Positions 19,595 through 29,509 are shown, counted from the stretch's first letter. The stretch: 64,000 bases of DNA from a virus (IMGVR_UViG_3300031414_000001:240437-304436), one strand, 5' to 3'. Notes: generated by a model from the sequence alone, not told the origin. A program made the numbers and translations.

Positions 19595-20287
19595 TTATTT
19601 ATCTCCGTGAAAATCATCAAAATGTTCACGTTCTACATCCTTCGCCCATTCTTCATCACGTGCCTCAATACGGTCTTTCTCAACCTGAATCAATCCTTCA
19701 AGAACTTCCCGTACTGATTGTACCATACTTTCTTTGTTCGTTTCATCTATTTGATCTTCTGCTATCCATCCTGCGTTGAATGAATATGCCTTGAACTTCG
19801 TAACACCGTCCATTACATATGAACCTGTATTCATGAACAAATCAATATCAGATTCTAACGGTACTGGAAACCTCGTTAACTCCTGAAACACTTGTTCCTC
19901 TTGTAAAGGATATTGTAATGAACATTGTTTAGCTTCACGTAAACTAATCGCATGACTTATTAATAATTCGGTACTATCCTTTCGGTACGTACTGAATCCT
20001 ATATTATCACAATTCGAATTCAATCGAACATGAGATGAACGCAAATTAGATACTACTGTTCCTGTATCGTAAAAACATGTACAATGAATTATCTCATAAT
20101 CCGTGTCTTCACCAATAGCATAAGCATTGAAGGTCATTCGGTCGTCACGTGCTCGTACTAAACGACAGCGAACATTATCGTTCTTAAAGGATATGTCATT
20201 TAAAACTTCTGTCTCAAATGGCTCCATCAACATCTTCAATACATCTTTAAACGCATCTTGTACGTAAAGGTTCCTAAACGTTGTCAT
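19595..20287 (-). CDS. early paralog family member 6
   Basis: LQYPLQEEQVFQELTRFPVPLESD motif. Confidence 0.5.
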   Translation of the reverse strand: MTTFRNLYVQDAFKDVLKMLMEPFETEVLNDISFKNDNVRCRLVRARDDRMTFNAYAIGEDTDYEIIHCTCFYDTGTVVSNLRSSHVRLNSNCDNIGFSTYRKDSTELLISHAISLREAKQCSLQYPLQEEQVFQELTRFPVPLESDIDLFMNTGSYVMDGVTKFKAYSFNAGWIAEDQIDETNKESMVQSVREVLEGLIQVEKDRIEARDEEWAKDVEREHFDDFHGDK

Positions 20288-20912
20288 GTATCGTTCGCTC
20301 CTGAATCTCGGTTTCTAATACTTCAATTAACTCTAAAATTTCTTCTGTACTCAAAATATCCAGTACTCGATAATCTAACTTCATCGTACAAAAGAAACCT
20401 TTTTCATCCCTCTCGTACTCAGTCATCCTGTGCGGATATATCTGTACAGCAATTAACTGAGTCAGGACTTCATTCATTGTATAACGTGTGAGGTTCTGAA
20501 AGATTATCGGGTCAATTATATCTGGTTCAAGACTTGTATCAGCCGACAAAGCAGGATATGTCTGAGCCATCTTATCTAACCTTCCTAAACTTGCACGACG
20601 TATTCCACGACTCATAACCCAAGTATAAGGCCATCGTGTAGGAAATATCGCTCGTACATCATCCCATATCTCAGGCTGGAATGGCTCGTTATTTGAATCG
20701 TAATACAAAAACTCAGTACATCCCTCAAATTCTTTATCAAGCATCTCTATGTATGCTATACTTGAGTTTACTGATGTACGATAATTTTTACCCGTACTTA
20801 ACTGCTTAACCTTAAATGTAAATCCTAATCCTTCATCTAACCTGTACATACAATACAGTTCATCCAGTACTTTCATTAATCGAAGTACTTCATCCAGCTT
20901 TGGAGGCTTCAT
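20274..20912 (-). CDS. early paralog family member 7
   Basis: IIDPIIFQNLTRYTMNEVL motif. Confidence 0.45.
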   Translation of the reverse strand: MKPPKLDEVLRLMKVLDELYCMYRLDEGLGFTFKVKQLSTGKNYRTSVNSSIAYIEMLDKEFEGCTEFLYYDSNNEPFQPEIWDDVRAIFPTRWPYTWVMSRGIRRASLGRLDKMAQTYPALSADTSLEPDIIDPIIFQNLTRYTMNEVLTQLIAVQIYPHRMTEYERDEKGFFCTMKLDYRVLDILSTEEILELIEVLETEIQERTIHDNV

Positions 20913-21525
20913 GCTCTAATCCTATTACAGTACTATAATACAAATCTTTCAACGCAGCTTCACGTTCTTCACCTAAACCAACAAATGGTGCTAAGTTCAC
21001 TGCGTACTTCTGAATACCAACATCCTCATTGATAAGAACCTGATTCAGTAGTATAGCAGTTAAATCTACCATTCCATACTTAGACATAAGCATGAACTCC
21101 ATGACTTCTAATTCTTCTGGATCATTCTCATGAAGCATCTCAAATACCTTAGTAGGATGATTACCCTTCAAGAAGTAATAAGGTTCTGCTGCGTTTGGAA
21201 TAGTACAAAGACTACGACCATCGTAAGAACTAATATATTGCCTCTGCTGTTCAGCAGTAGTCATAGAAAACATTTGCTCACGAGTAGCTTTGTGTAACCT
21301 GGAACTCTGGAAACTCAAATGAGCATTATCATAACCAACATGAATGTTACATGTTACTGAAGCACCAAACGCTGGATAGTACTTCGTAGTCTGATAATCA
21401 AAAGAAGAACCATAATTCGCTACCGCCAATGTTTCAATTCGAGGAAACATCTTCAAGTACTGTTCACGTAAATGAGTAATTAGCTCGTAGTGAAAATCAA
21501 TCGTCTGTAACATCATATGCTCCAT
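20890..21525 (-). CDS. early paralog family member 8 (divergent)
   Basis: Same size class, tandem position. Confidence 0.4.
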   Translation of the reverse strand: MEHMMLQTIDFHYELITHLREQYLKMFPRIETLAVANYGSSFDYQTTKYYPAFGASVTCNIHVGYDNAHLSFQSSRLHKATREQMFSMTTAEQQRQYISSYDGRSLCTIPNAAEPYYFLKGNHPTKVFEMLHENDPEELEVMEFMLMSKYGMVDLTAILLNQVLINEDVGIQKYAVNLAPFVGLGEEREAALKDLYYSTVIGLEHEASKAG

Positions 21526-22099
21526 CTAAGTAAGGTACTAACAAATCCAGTACTGTTTGTACTTCTAAATCAAAATCATTAAGTACCATTCCAATCGTTA
21601 TTGCTGAATGGTCATTATGACGAAACATTTGAATCATCTTCTCGCACTCTGTATCCCACATACCGTAATCTTCTTCAGGTAATGTTTCCTGTACTGTCAT
21701 ACGCTGAAAGAAATATTCTTCAGGGAAAGGATATGAAATGAAAGTATGTTTCTGACCGTCCCTGCCATTACTTGGATCGAACAGTGCGTAGTACCGTGGA
21801 TGGTCTTCTTTCCAAAACGCAATACGCATACCGTTAGAATCAAAAGTACTTAAGTATTGAGAACTCGTATTAAAGGACATGCTGAATACAATGTCCTCCT
21901 GCCAACGCCCACCATTACCAAATAACTTTAAGATGTACTGGTACTCGTTTAAGTCACCATCACTCCACCGTGCTACGGAAGCACCGTATTCATCATTTAA
22001 CTGAACATAGGCTTTATCTTGAAAAGGTATCTTAGGAACAAGGTGCTCCCACGTTCCAAGAAACATTTCCTTTATCTTTTCGTACTTTTCGTAATCCAT
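21497..22099 (-). CDS. early paralog family member 9
   Basis: ISYPFPEEYFFQRMTVQETLPEEDY motif. Confidence 0.5.
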   Translation of the reverse strand: MDYEKYEKIKEMFLGTWEHLVPKIPFQDKAYVQLNDEYGASVARWSDGDLNEYQYILKLFGNGGRWQEDIVFSMSFNTSSQYLSTFDSNGMRIAFWKEDHPRYYALFDPSNGRDGQKHTFISYPFPEEYFFQRMTVQETLPEEDYGMWDTECEKMIQMFRHNDHSAITIGMVLNDFDLEVQTVLDLLVPYLDGAYDVTDD

Positions 22100-22707
22100 T
22101 ATTGAATGTATCCTTGTTCTTTAGCTTGTTCAATAATCTGTTCAACAACACCTTCGTAGGAGATTAAATCAATAGGTGCTTCAACGTGCTTGCCGTAAAT
22201 CATGAAAGCACGGTACTTCTCATTATGTAAGTACTGAATGCTTTCTTGTACAGTTTCAAACATCTTAATACCATTAGGTGAGTAATACCCTGCTTCAGCA
22301 CCCTGGAGTACTATCATTCCCTGGCCGACGAATGTTTGACCTTCCAGTACTTCATAATCATATTCAGTACGAAGCATACCAATGCGAACGTGTGGTTCAA
22401 AGAAGTCGCCGATTGTGATTGCGGAAGAATTGCCCTGTACAGTGTACGTAACAGTAAGACCTAAAGTACCGCCAATTTCTAAAAGAGTGTGTTCGACCTG
22501 ATCGCTGAGGACGCTGGTTCGACCATTCTGAAGTTTATCTTCGATTTGGAGAAGTAACTGTATCAGTACTTCAGAGATTTTGAGGAACTTCGTGTAGTAT
22601 TCTTCGCCGAGGTTAATGAGGGATAAACCGTTATGAGCATTTTGTTTAATACGATTCAGGCGAGAATTCCATTCACGATTAGCTAAGCCGCAAGCAGTGC
22701 TTTCCAT
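22099..22707 (-). CDS. first gene of the tandem array (202 aa); family membership uncertain
   Basis: Intact ORF with AAGGAAACAAC-ATG RBS; similar size. Confidence 0.45.
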   Translation of the reverse strand: MESTACGLANREWNSRLNRIKQNAHNGLSLINLGEEYYTKFLKISEVLIQLLLQIEDKLQNGRTSVLSDQVEHTLLEIGGTLGLTVTYTVQGNSSAITIGDFFEPHVRIGMLRTEYDYEVLEGQTFVGQGMIVLQGAEAGYYSPNGIKMFETVQESIQYLHNEKYRAFMIYGKHVEAPIDLISYEGVVEQIIEQAKEQGYIQ

Positions 22708-22937
22708 GTTGTTTCCTTAATGTGGGATTAATTGTATAGGGTAATACTTATACCCCGTTTATAAGGGTGCTAAGCATTACTGGCCTTTAGTAAGCAAAAA
22801 AATTTTGCATAGTCTTTTAATGTTATATACAGAAAAGTCAAGGGATTACCTGTTCATTTTAAAAGTCAAGCACTTTTTAGTTCACTTAACTTTTTTTCAG
22901 ATAATTCCTAAAGTACTGTAATCCTGCGTAGAACGCT

Positions 22938-23138
22938 CTATGCGAGGCGTACAGTACAGCCTGACCCGCCGTAGTCCACGTGGTGCTCCGCTGCCCCTGA
23001 CAGCTTAGGCAGAGCGTTACGCATGGCTCGTACCTTCTTATCAGTCAATGGTATCTGTGAACGTACAGCATCAATAGCTGCGTCGATGGTATCAGCCTGA
23101 GCTACAACAGTGCCGAGGCAACCGATGATAGTAAACAT
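22938..23138 (-). CDS. hypothetical small protein (66 aa)
   Basis: Intact ORF. Confidence 0.4.
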   Translation of the reverse strand: MFTIIGCLGTVVAQADTIDAAIDAVRSQIPLTDKKVRAMRNALPKLSGAAEHHVDYGGSGCTVRLA

Positions 23139-23205
23139 GTTAGTACTCCTATAAAAGAATAAGCCCCGCTAGATTAGCAGGGCTTGTCGGTACTGTCAAG
23201 GACTA

Positions 23206-23613
23206 TTACAGTCCTAAGATGATACGTGCCTCGTTACGCTCACGTACTTCATTAAGGATATAGTCAAGCGTATCGGCGTTAATGTCGCCGTCATTCATTG
23301 CCTGTCGTGCTGGCTTAGTGTAAGCTCCGAAGCCTGAGCGAGTGATAGTAATGTCGTTCAGGTTAGTTGTGTACTGGTTGTCCAGTACTTTCTCTGACTT
23401 GAATACAGCATCAACGCTGAATTCTACATTGCCGTCATTGACGTTCTGTAGTTCAATAACCTGACGAGCCGCCCAACGTCTACAATCTCTTACCAGGGCA
23501 GGGAACGCCGTGTTAACAGTACTGTTCTGTACAGCGTAATCCAGGGCAGCGATGCCAAAGGTTTTAGCCAGTACCAGAACATCATTGTAAGTGTTGGTAG
23601 TGAATGTAGCCAT
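23206..23613 (-). CDS. hypothetical protein (135 aa)
   Basis: Intact ORF. Confidence 0.45.
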   Translation of the reverse strand: MATFTTNTYNDVLVLAKTFGIAALDYAVQNSTVNTAFPALVRDCRRWAARQVIELQNVNDGNVEFSVDAVFKSEKVLDNQYTTNLNDITITRSGFGAYTKPARQAMNDGDINADTLDYILNEVRERNEARIILGL

Positions 23614-23670
23614 GATGAATCTCCTGATTAAGAGCGGGAAGCGGTATTGCCTCCCGATGTGTTTAATATA

Positions 23671-23943
23671 CTACTGTTCGACCTGGGACGCAAGTACTTT
23701 AAGCTTTTCTTTTAAATCTTTTACAACATAGGTAATGTGAATGTTGTTACCGTTAACGTCAGTAACTTTGTACATTCCATCGCTGAACAGCTTAATGAAG
23801 TAATCAGGCTCGCATGCATCTTCGTCACGCTGGATAGTATAGTACTCCAGTACTGACGCTTTATCTTCTTCGTCCAGGGTATCCATGTAGTCCTGGATAG
23901 AGTTATCGCCGAACAGTTTCTTAATCAGTGTTTGTACTCTCAT
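23671..23943 (-). CDS. hypothetical protein (90 aa) with long conserved leader
   Basis: ORF preceded by GAGGAAGTAAAC RBS and the ~150-nt conserved leader module. Confidence 0.5.
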   Translation of the reverse strand: MRVQTLIKKLFGDNSIQDYMDTLDEEDKASVLEYYTIQRDEDACEPDYFIKLFSDGMYKVTDVNGNNIHITYVVKDLKEKLKVLASQVEQ

Positions 23944-24126
23944 GTTTACTTCCTCGTGTTGGTTTATGTGTTAAGTATACTCCACCAGCAGAAGAACGCA
24001 AGTACTTTTTACGATTTAATTTATAATATTTTTTGGACGGATCTTGCCACCCTATAGGGTTTGTGCGTTTCGCCGCATTGATAGTACTATAACAAAAGGG
24101 CTAACCGAAGTCAACCCCTTTTTGAA

Positions 24127-24324
24127 TTAAAAATCGCAATGTACTGCGTCTTCACCCTGGCCGTGCGGGTGCAGAATGTTCTGGACTTCTTCGAAAACAT
24201 CATTGTACACGTTGGCGTTTTCTTTGGTATACTCACCAATGACCACTTCCATTGCCTCATTAATGCCGAGGTGTTTACGTGCCAGTACGTTGTTTGCCAG
24301 TTGCTTGATTCTTTCAGTAGCCAT
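24127..24324 (-). CDS. hypothetical small protein (65 aa)
   Basis: ORF with GGAGAGAAAC RBS 7 nt downstream of an early promoter +1. Confidence 0.5.
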   Translation of the reverse strand: MATERIKQLANNVLARKHLGINEAMEVVIGEYTKENANVYNDVFEEVQNILHPHGQGEDAVHCDF

Positions 24325-24354
24325 TTTGTTTCTCTCCGTTGTTTCAGTACTGAT

Positions 24355-24383
24355 AGTATATGACAGGGGCTAACAGTTGTCAA
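24355..24383 (-). promoter_or_regulatory. early sigma70 promoter embedded in terminator hairpin (TTGACA-N17-TATACT, then ATCAGTACTGAAAC)
   Basis: Reverse complement reads ggggTTGACAactgttagcccctgtcaTATACTatcagtactgaaac. The GGGGUUGACA/UGUUAGCCCC arms form the stem. Confidence 0.6.
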
Positions 24384-24395
24384 CCCCTAATTTGA

Positions 24396-24704
24396 TTAAT
24401 CCAGTAAGCCCATACGTTCAGCAACCTGCCAGGCTTCTGATCCGTACACTGGTTCAATCTCATTCCAGTGATCAGGGTTCAAGCTTCCACCAGCGGCGAG
24501 ATGTTTCTCAATTGCCAGGATACGGCGATTTTGTTTCTCACGTACTGCCTGTTGTTCGTGGAGTTCGTGAGTCAGTTCGCTGGAAGTTTTCAGGGCAATG
24601 CGTCGGCCTGTTTCTGTATCTTGACCAACGATGTAAAAGCTTGATGCTTCTTGACCGTTATACTCTACCAGGTCATGACGTACAAAAAAGGTTAATCTAG
24701 ACAT
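24396..24704 (-). CDS. hypothetical protein (102 aa; start set at MSRLTFF with AGGAAGTAAACA RBS)
   Basis: ORF 24396..24818; the internal Met has a strong SD directly downstream of promoter +1. Confidence 0.45.
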   Translation of the reverse strand: MSRLTFFVRHDLVEYNGQEASSFYIVGQDTETGRRIALKTSSELTHELHEQQAVREKQNRRILAIEKHLAAGGSLNPDHWNEIEPVYGSEAWQVAERMGLLD

Positions 24705-24737
24705 TTGTTTACTTCCTGTTGTTGTTTCAGTACTGAT

Positions 24738-24766
24738 AGAATAGCAAAGGGGCTGAACTATGTCAA
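24738..24766 (-). promoter_or_regulatory. early sigma70 promoter in terminator hairpin (TTGACA-N17-TATTCT)
   Basis: Reverse complement reads GGGGTTGACAtagttcaGCCCCtttgcTATTCTatcagtactgaaac. The 8-bp stem GGGGUUGA/UCAGCCCC contains the -35. Confidence 0.6.
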
Positions 24767-24781
24767 CCCCTAATTTGTACT

Positions 24782-25624
24782 TTATGCGGCATCTACTAAT
24801 GAAGTTGCCAACTGCCACAATTTAGAGTTAAAGTCTAAATTCTTGTCGATGTTAGTCACGCCGCGAGTAGTACGGCGACGGCCTGTATCACTGCGGCCTG
24901 ATTGTCCACCAGCCATTACGTTCTGTTGTACGATGTTAAACGTGCTGTAAAGGCTGTTGCTGTTGCGATCAGTACTGTTCACGTTGCGAGTATTCAACAA
25001 CTGTTCAGGACTGTACAGGAAGTTGATCCCTTCGCCTGGTTTTGGTAAACCTTCTTTAGCGAAGTAACCAGCAACGGCAAATGATTTGCGTTGTTTGTCG
25101 TCTAACTGGATGCGTGACATTTCGCCTTTGTAACGGTCGATAAGGTCGAAGTCTTTAACAACCTCGAATACACCTTCGATCACGTCATCCATGATGTTCT
25201 GGCCTTTGTGATAGATCTTAGTGTTGCTTTGGGTGTTACCCATTACCAGACCATTAGCACAAACAAAACGGAATTGCCCGCTAATCAACTGATAAGCACT
25301 TGTGCCATCGTTGGCGTTAAGAAGGATGATTTCATTTGCTTCACCTTCTTTCATACCAGGTTGACGGAAACGCAACATATGCTTTGTGAATTCGCGTTTT
25401 GATTCATCGCGTACACGTGCCTGAGTTGCGAACATCGGGAAATAGTTTTCCTGAGCAAGACGATCAATCACGTCGATAGTTGGCACTGGTGCGAAACGTG
25501 CTGAACGTGATTCGTGTGCATCGTACTGGAATACGGACGGCACTACTTCCAGGAGTTCAGTTCTGGTCAATGGACGGTTTTCTTTGATAGCTTTACCGTT
25601 GATACCCTGATACATTTTAATCAT
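24782..25624 (-). CDS. DUF932-like phage/plasmid-associated protein
   Basis: 280 aa; segment QLISGQFRFVCANGLVMG resembles the conserved core of the DUF932 family. Confidence 0.4.
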   Translation of the reverse strand: MIKMYQGINGKAIKENRPLTRTELLEVVPSVFQYDAHESRSARFAPVPTIDVIDRLAQENYFPMFATQARVRDESKREFTKHMLRFRQPGMKEGEANEIILLNANDGTSAYQLISGQFRFVCANGLVMGNTQSNTKIYHKGQNIMDDVIEGVFEVVKDFDLIDRYKGEMSRIQLDDKQRKSFAVAGYFAKEGLPKPGEGINFLYSPEQLLNTRNVNSTDRNSNSLYSTFNIVQQNVMAGGQSGRSDTGRRRTTRGVTNIDKNLDFNSKLWQLATSLVDAA

Positions 25625-25700
25625 GATTCGTTCCTCTCGTTTGGTGTAAGGTAATAGTACTGGATTCTGTTTATGTTGTCCAGTACTATTTTGAATTTAA

Positions 25701-25940
25701 TTACTCGATTCCGCCATCTACAGGCCAGCAATCACGAATGAATTTAGAACGGGATGGATCATCTTTCAGTGTCTTTGTCAAGAGTACTGCGTGATCTTCC
25801 GCACCTTTTTCAGTACTGAATTCCGCACCAGGTTGATAGTGCTGGCGGTTGTTGTCGTGGTCGAGGGCTACAACGTCGAACGGGCGAGCGTCGCTATCAG
25901 ACCAGACTCTTACTTTAAATTCAATTCCTGATTTTGCCAT
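25701..25940 (-). CDS. hypothetical protein (79 aa; start at MAKSGIEF after ~170-nt leader)
   Basis: The ORF track's longer N-terminus is translated leader; the RBS sits before the internal ATG. Confidence 0.45.
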   Translation of the reverse strand: MAKSGIEFKVRVWSDSDARPFDVVALDHDNNRQHYQPGAEFSTEKGAEDHAVLLTKTLKDDPSRSKFIRDCWPVDGGIE

Positions 25941-26115
25941 TTTGTTTTGCCTCTGTGCTGTTTCAATAACTTCATTATACGTTATCCTGGTTTGAATGCA
26001 AGTACTATTCACGTTTTAATTTATAAATTTTTTACTGGACAGATATACAGTACTAATAGATTTTGAATACAGTACGCCACCCTATAGGGTTAGTCAGTTT
26101 CGCCTGATTGATAAC

Positions 26116-26144
26116 AGTATAGCAAGAAGGGCTGAACGGGTCAA
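26116..26144 (-). promoter_or_regulatory. early sigma70 promoter in terminator hairpin (TTGACC-N17-TATACT)
   Basis: Reverse complement reads GGGTTGACCcgttcagcccttcttgcTATACTgttatcaatcaggcgaaa. Confidence 0.55.
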
Positions 26145-26519
26145 CCCTTTCTATTAAAATATTTGCATTTCTTTTGCTACTGCCTGGCTGTAATAATAAA
26201 GAGCATACCAGGGCTTGACAAACGTTGTGGTGCAGTTATTAATATCTGCGTGGTTAAGTGTTAGTACTCCGTGTTTAGAATACAATCTAACTTTGCCGTT
26301 TCTGAATGATTTAAGTTCACGCATGATTAGAATACCAGGAAAAAGGAAAGTACTGTAACAATTGCGAGGATCACAATTTGTTCCATATGTTTAGCTTCAA
26401 TGTGTGCTAAACTTTCTTCTGTATACTCTACAACATATTTTTCTTTCATGTTTGCTTCCTCTGTTTCAGTACTGATAGGATAGCAAAAGGGCTTAACCTA
26501 AGTCAAGCCCTATTTTGAA

Positions 26520-27098
26520 TTAAAGATAAGTTACTGACGCTTCACGCGGATCTTCTTCAAAATCCATATCATTAGCGATGATAGTTTGTTTAACTTGTTC
26601 ATCGCTGATAAGATCGTAATACGCTGTATCTAAATCAGAGTAGTATTCTTTACCCTGTTCAGTGATAAAGCCGTCGATTTCTTTTTCAAGTTCTTCATAC
26701 ATTTCAGACTTTTTAGAAGTCATTTCGATATACCATTCACCGGACAACTCTGCTGCTGTAGTGTTGTAGTGAACATAACGTGAACCGTGATCGCGGCGTA
26801 CTTTACAGGTAATATCTTTAATGCGAATATGCTCATGTAAGCAACGGTAATGCGTCCAGCGTTTTTGTGAACGTAAAAACTTCTCAATATCCACATTTCC
26901 AGCCGTGAAACTTGCACCGTCGCCTTGTGAACAAAACCCGGAGTACTGAGATTCTACGTCTTCAAAACCTACAGATTCCAGGATTGAATGATGTTTTTCT
27001 TTTATCCAATCATTCCAATCAGGATAATCGACGTTAATATCTCTGTTCAGTTCAATTGCTTTAGCTTGCTGTTCTGCGTTCAGTTCGTTAAATTTCAT
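26520..27098 (-). CDS. hypothetical acidic protein (192 aa), possible anti-restriction-like
   Basis: Acidic, Asp/Glu-rich early protein; start set at MKFNELN. Assignment is speculative. Confidence 0.4.
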   Translation of the reverse strand: MKFNELNAEQQAKAIELNRDINVDYPDWNDWIKEKHHSILESVGFEDVESQYSGFCSQGDGASFTAGNVDIEKFLRSQKRWTHYRCLHEHIRIKDITCKVRRDHGSRYVHYNTTAAELSGEWYIEMTSKKSEMYEELEKEIDGFITEQGKEYYSDLDTAYYDLISDEQVKQTIIANDMDFEEDPREASVTYL

Positions 27099-27343
27099 TT
27101 TGATATTCTCGCTTAAATGATTAAGGCCATTCCCTAATCCATGTAAAAGATTATACAGTACTGAACGAATAACGCAAGTACTATTCACGTTTTAATTTAT
27201 AAATTTTTACCTGTACAGATATACAGTACTTTCTAGTACTAAAATCCATTGGACGCAACTTGCCACCCTATAGGGTTAGTCCATTTCGCTGGATTGAATA
27301 CAGTATAGCAAAAAGGGCTAACCGAAGTCAACCCTTTATTTTC

Positions 27344-27565
27344 TTAATGCATCAGTTTATGATCAGCCAGTACGAACGGCGTAGCCAGTGGGCTAACCTT
27401 ATCGGCGATGATCTGGCGGTCGAATCCACCCAGGAAGTTATTCAGTAGGAGGACGCCCATCAGGTTAAACTGATTGAACTCACAGATCTGCCCGATCACT
27501 TCATTAGCTTTCAGGTCTGCTTCTGTTGGTTCAGTGAACAATTCTCTTAACATATCTTCAATCAT
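27344..27565 (-). CDS. hypothetical small protein (73 aa)
   Basis: Intact ORF. Confidence 0.4.
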   Translation of the reverse strand: MIEDMLRELFTEPTEADLKANEVIGQICEFNQFNLMGVLLLNNFLGGFDRQIIADKVSPLATPFVLADHKLMH

Positions 27566-27637
27566 GGTAGTGCCCTCGTTTGTTGTCAGTACTGATAGGA
27601 TAGCAAAGGGGCTGAACTATGTCAACCCCTTATTTGA

Positions 27638-28357
27638 TTAATATTCGTATCCGTGTTTTACTGCTGCTGATTTACGAATTTTCATAGAACGATCCAGCAC
27701 TACTTGAGCACGAGTTAGGAAACCAGCACTGACCGCCGCTTCACGTACTAACCAGTAAGAATGTGGATTCGTTTCGTCGTAAAATTTCCATTTAGTTGCT
27801 TCATGGAATGCGATCACACGATAAGCCCAGGCACGTTCTGAACCTTTAACATCTGCCTCTTGTGGTTCGCAGAATGCAGGAACATCGGCCAGGAAATAAT
27901 CATAGCGACGGTTATCATCACCGTGTGTACGTTTGTTGATATATTCAATATCGCTTAACAGAGCATCGCGGATCTTATCCTGGTTCAGTACTGAACAGGT
28001 GAGATTAAACATAGTAACAAGGCTTAACAGTTTGCCCCAGCGTTGTGACAGTTTAGAAACTAAATCATTGCGGTTATTGGTACGGTCAAGTCCTTTTTGA
28101 TCAGCACGTACACGCACAAACATCGGGCTAAAGAATGTGCTATATAAATCAGTATTCAGTACTTTACGCAGTACTGAAACACGTTTTTCAATGAAGATAT
28201 TTTCATTGTTAACAATGTCAAAGATTGAATTACCAGTGCCGCCAACGGAATTAAACAGAATTTCATCGGACAGGTTATTGAAGTCGATCACGTTGTTTCT
28301 TGCCAGTACTGCCAGTGATTCAGAATTCAGAGTTGCCAGGTTGATATTCATGTTCAT
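27638..28357 (-). CDS. hypothetical protein (239 aa)
   Basis: Long intact ORF. Confidence 0.5.
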   Translation of the reverse strand: MNMNINLATLNSESLAVLARNNVIDFNNLSDEILFNSVGGTGNSIFDIVNNENIFIEKRVSVLRKVLNTDLYSTFFSPMFVRVRADQKGLDRTNNRNDLVSKLSQRWGKLLSLVTMFNLTCSVLNQDKIRDALLSDIEYINKRTHGDDNRRYDYFLADVPAFCEPQEADVKGSERAWAYRVIAFHEATKWKFYDETNPHSYWLVREAAVSAGFLTRAQVVLDRSMKIRKSAAVKHGYEY

Positions 28358-28590
28358 TTTTAGATTCTCGCTTAATTAAAGGTTTTGATTTTTTTGAGAC
28401 TGTTTGCTGTCTCGATGTGTATATATTATCAAATACAAAACATAACGCAAGTGCTTTTTGATATTATTTTTAAATTCTTTTTATTTTTAAAGTACTGACG
28501 GAACTACCCACCCTATAGGGTTAGTCAGTTTCGCCTGATTGATAACAGTATAGCAAAAGGGGCTAACATATGTCAACCCCTGGAATGAAA

Positions 28591-28941
28591 TTAATTACAA
28601 TGATAAACGATCTTGACAGGAAGATAAACGCCGTGTTGTGGTACTGACGTTTTCATGGTAAACATAGATCCGGCCTGTTCGATTGTGCCAGTATCATTCC
28701 GATAGATACTGTAATCTTTCCAGAATTGAACTACGTCCATATCGGTATCTTTCACCTGAACTTCGATCACTGGTTCAGTAACAGTGATTTGAATAATATG
28801 TTCAGGAGCGGCATTATCAACTTTCTGATAGTTACCGTTGCCAGTACCTTGATACAGTGTGTAGCTAGGGCAAGTATAAACCTGAGTACCAGCGTTCGCA
28901 CATGAAGCCACCAGCAGACCTAACAGAAGAAGTTTTCTCAT
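28591..28941 (-). CDS. putative outer-membrane lipoprotein (signal peptide + lipobox LVASC)
   Basis: MRKLLLLGLLVASCANA: type II signal peptide with Cys at +1; 116 aa. Confidence 0.55.
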   Translation of the reverse strand: MRKLLLLGLLVASCANAGTQVYTCPSYTLYQGTGNGNYQKVDNAAPEHIIQITVTEPVIEVQVKDTDMDVVQFWKDYSIYRNDTGTIEQAGSMFTMKTSVPQHGVYLPVKIVYHCN

Positions 28942-29012
28942 TTCGTTGTACCTTGTTTGTTTTCAGTACTGATAGAATAACAAAGGGCTTAACCAAAGTC
29001 AAGCCCTAATTT

Positions 29013-29480
29013 TTAAACTGATTGTATTGCGTTCATGATAGCTTCATACTTATCATAAACATCATCTGATTCTGTGTTATGTGTTGCGTGAAATAATGCC
29101 TTGACAGCAGCTTGATATTGTGCTGGTGGCACGGCCTTTAATGCTGATGTAATATCTTTAATGTACGTTGGTTCGTCTTTGAACATAGTACGTAAGACAT
29201 TAGGCAGATCTTTAATAGATGGTTCTGGTGTAGGTTCGCGGCCTGGCATAAGTCCTAACGATTTAAAGTACTTTAACTTTTCATCTGGATTCATGCGGGA
29301 AGTGTCAACGCCTTGACTTGGCATTGTGTTTAGCTTACCTTGTAGCCCTGTTCCCTGGTTACGTGATCCGCGATCACCTTGTCCAGCGTCGTGACTGTTT
29401 GAACGTCTATTACTGTTTGACCACTTATCGGCGTGACCTGCCATTGTTGCATCTTTCTTGTTAACGAATTTTCCTGGCAT
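29013..29480 (-). CDS. hypothetical protein (155 aa)
   Basis: ORF directly downstream of a strong promoter. Confidence 0.45.
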   Translation of the reverse strand: MPGKFVNKKDATMAGHADKWSNSNRRSNSHDAGQGDRGSRNQGTGLQGKLNTMPSQGVDTSRMNPDEKLKYFKSLGLMPGREPTPEPSIKDLPNVLRTMFKDEPTYIKDITSALKAVPPAQYQAAVKALFHATHNTESDDVYDKYEAIMNAIQSV

Positions 29481-29509
29481 AATAAAAAAATCCCCTATGA
29501 CTATAGTTT

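Noticed and set aside
24040-24060. Resemblance of CCACCCTATAGGG to T7-family single-subunit RNAP promoters (..CACTATAGGG..)
   Set aside because: Spacing to the upstream GACT block differs from T7-like promoters. The core is a perfect palindrome, so it has no direction. No phage RNAP is evident. All genes have strong sigma70 promoters. A protein or RNA operator is more likely.
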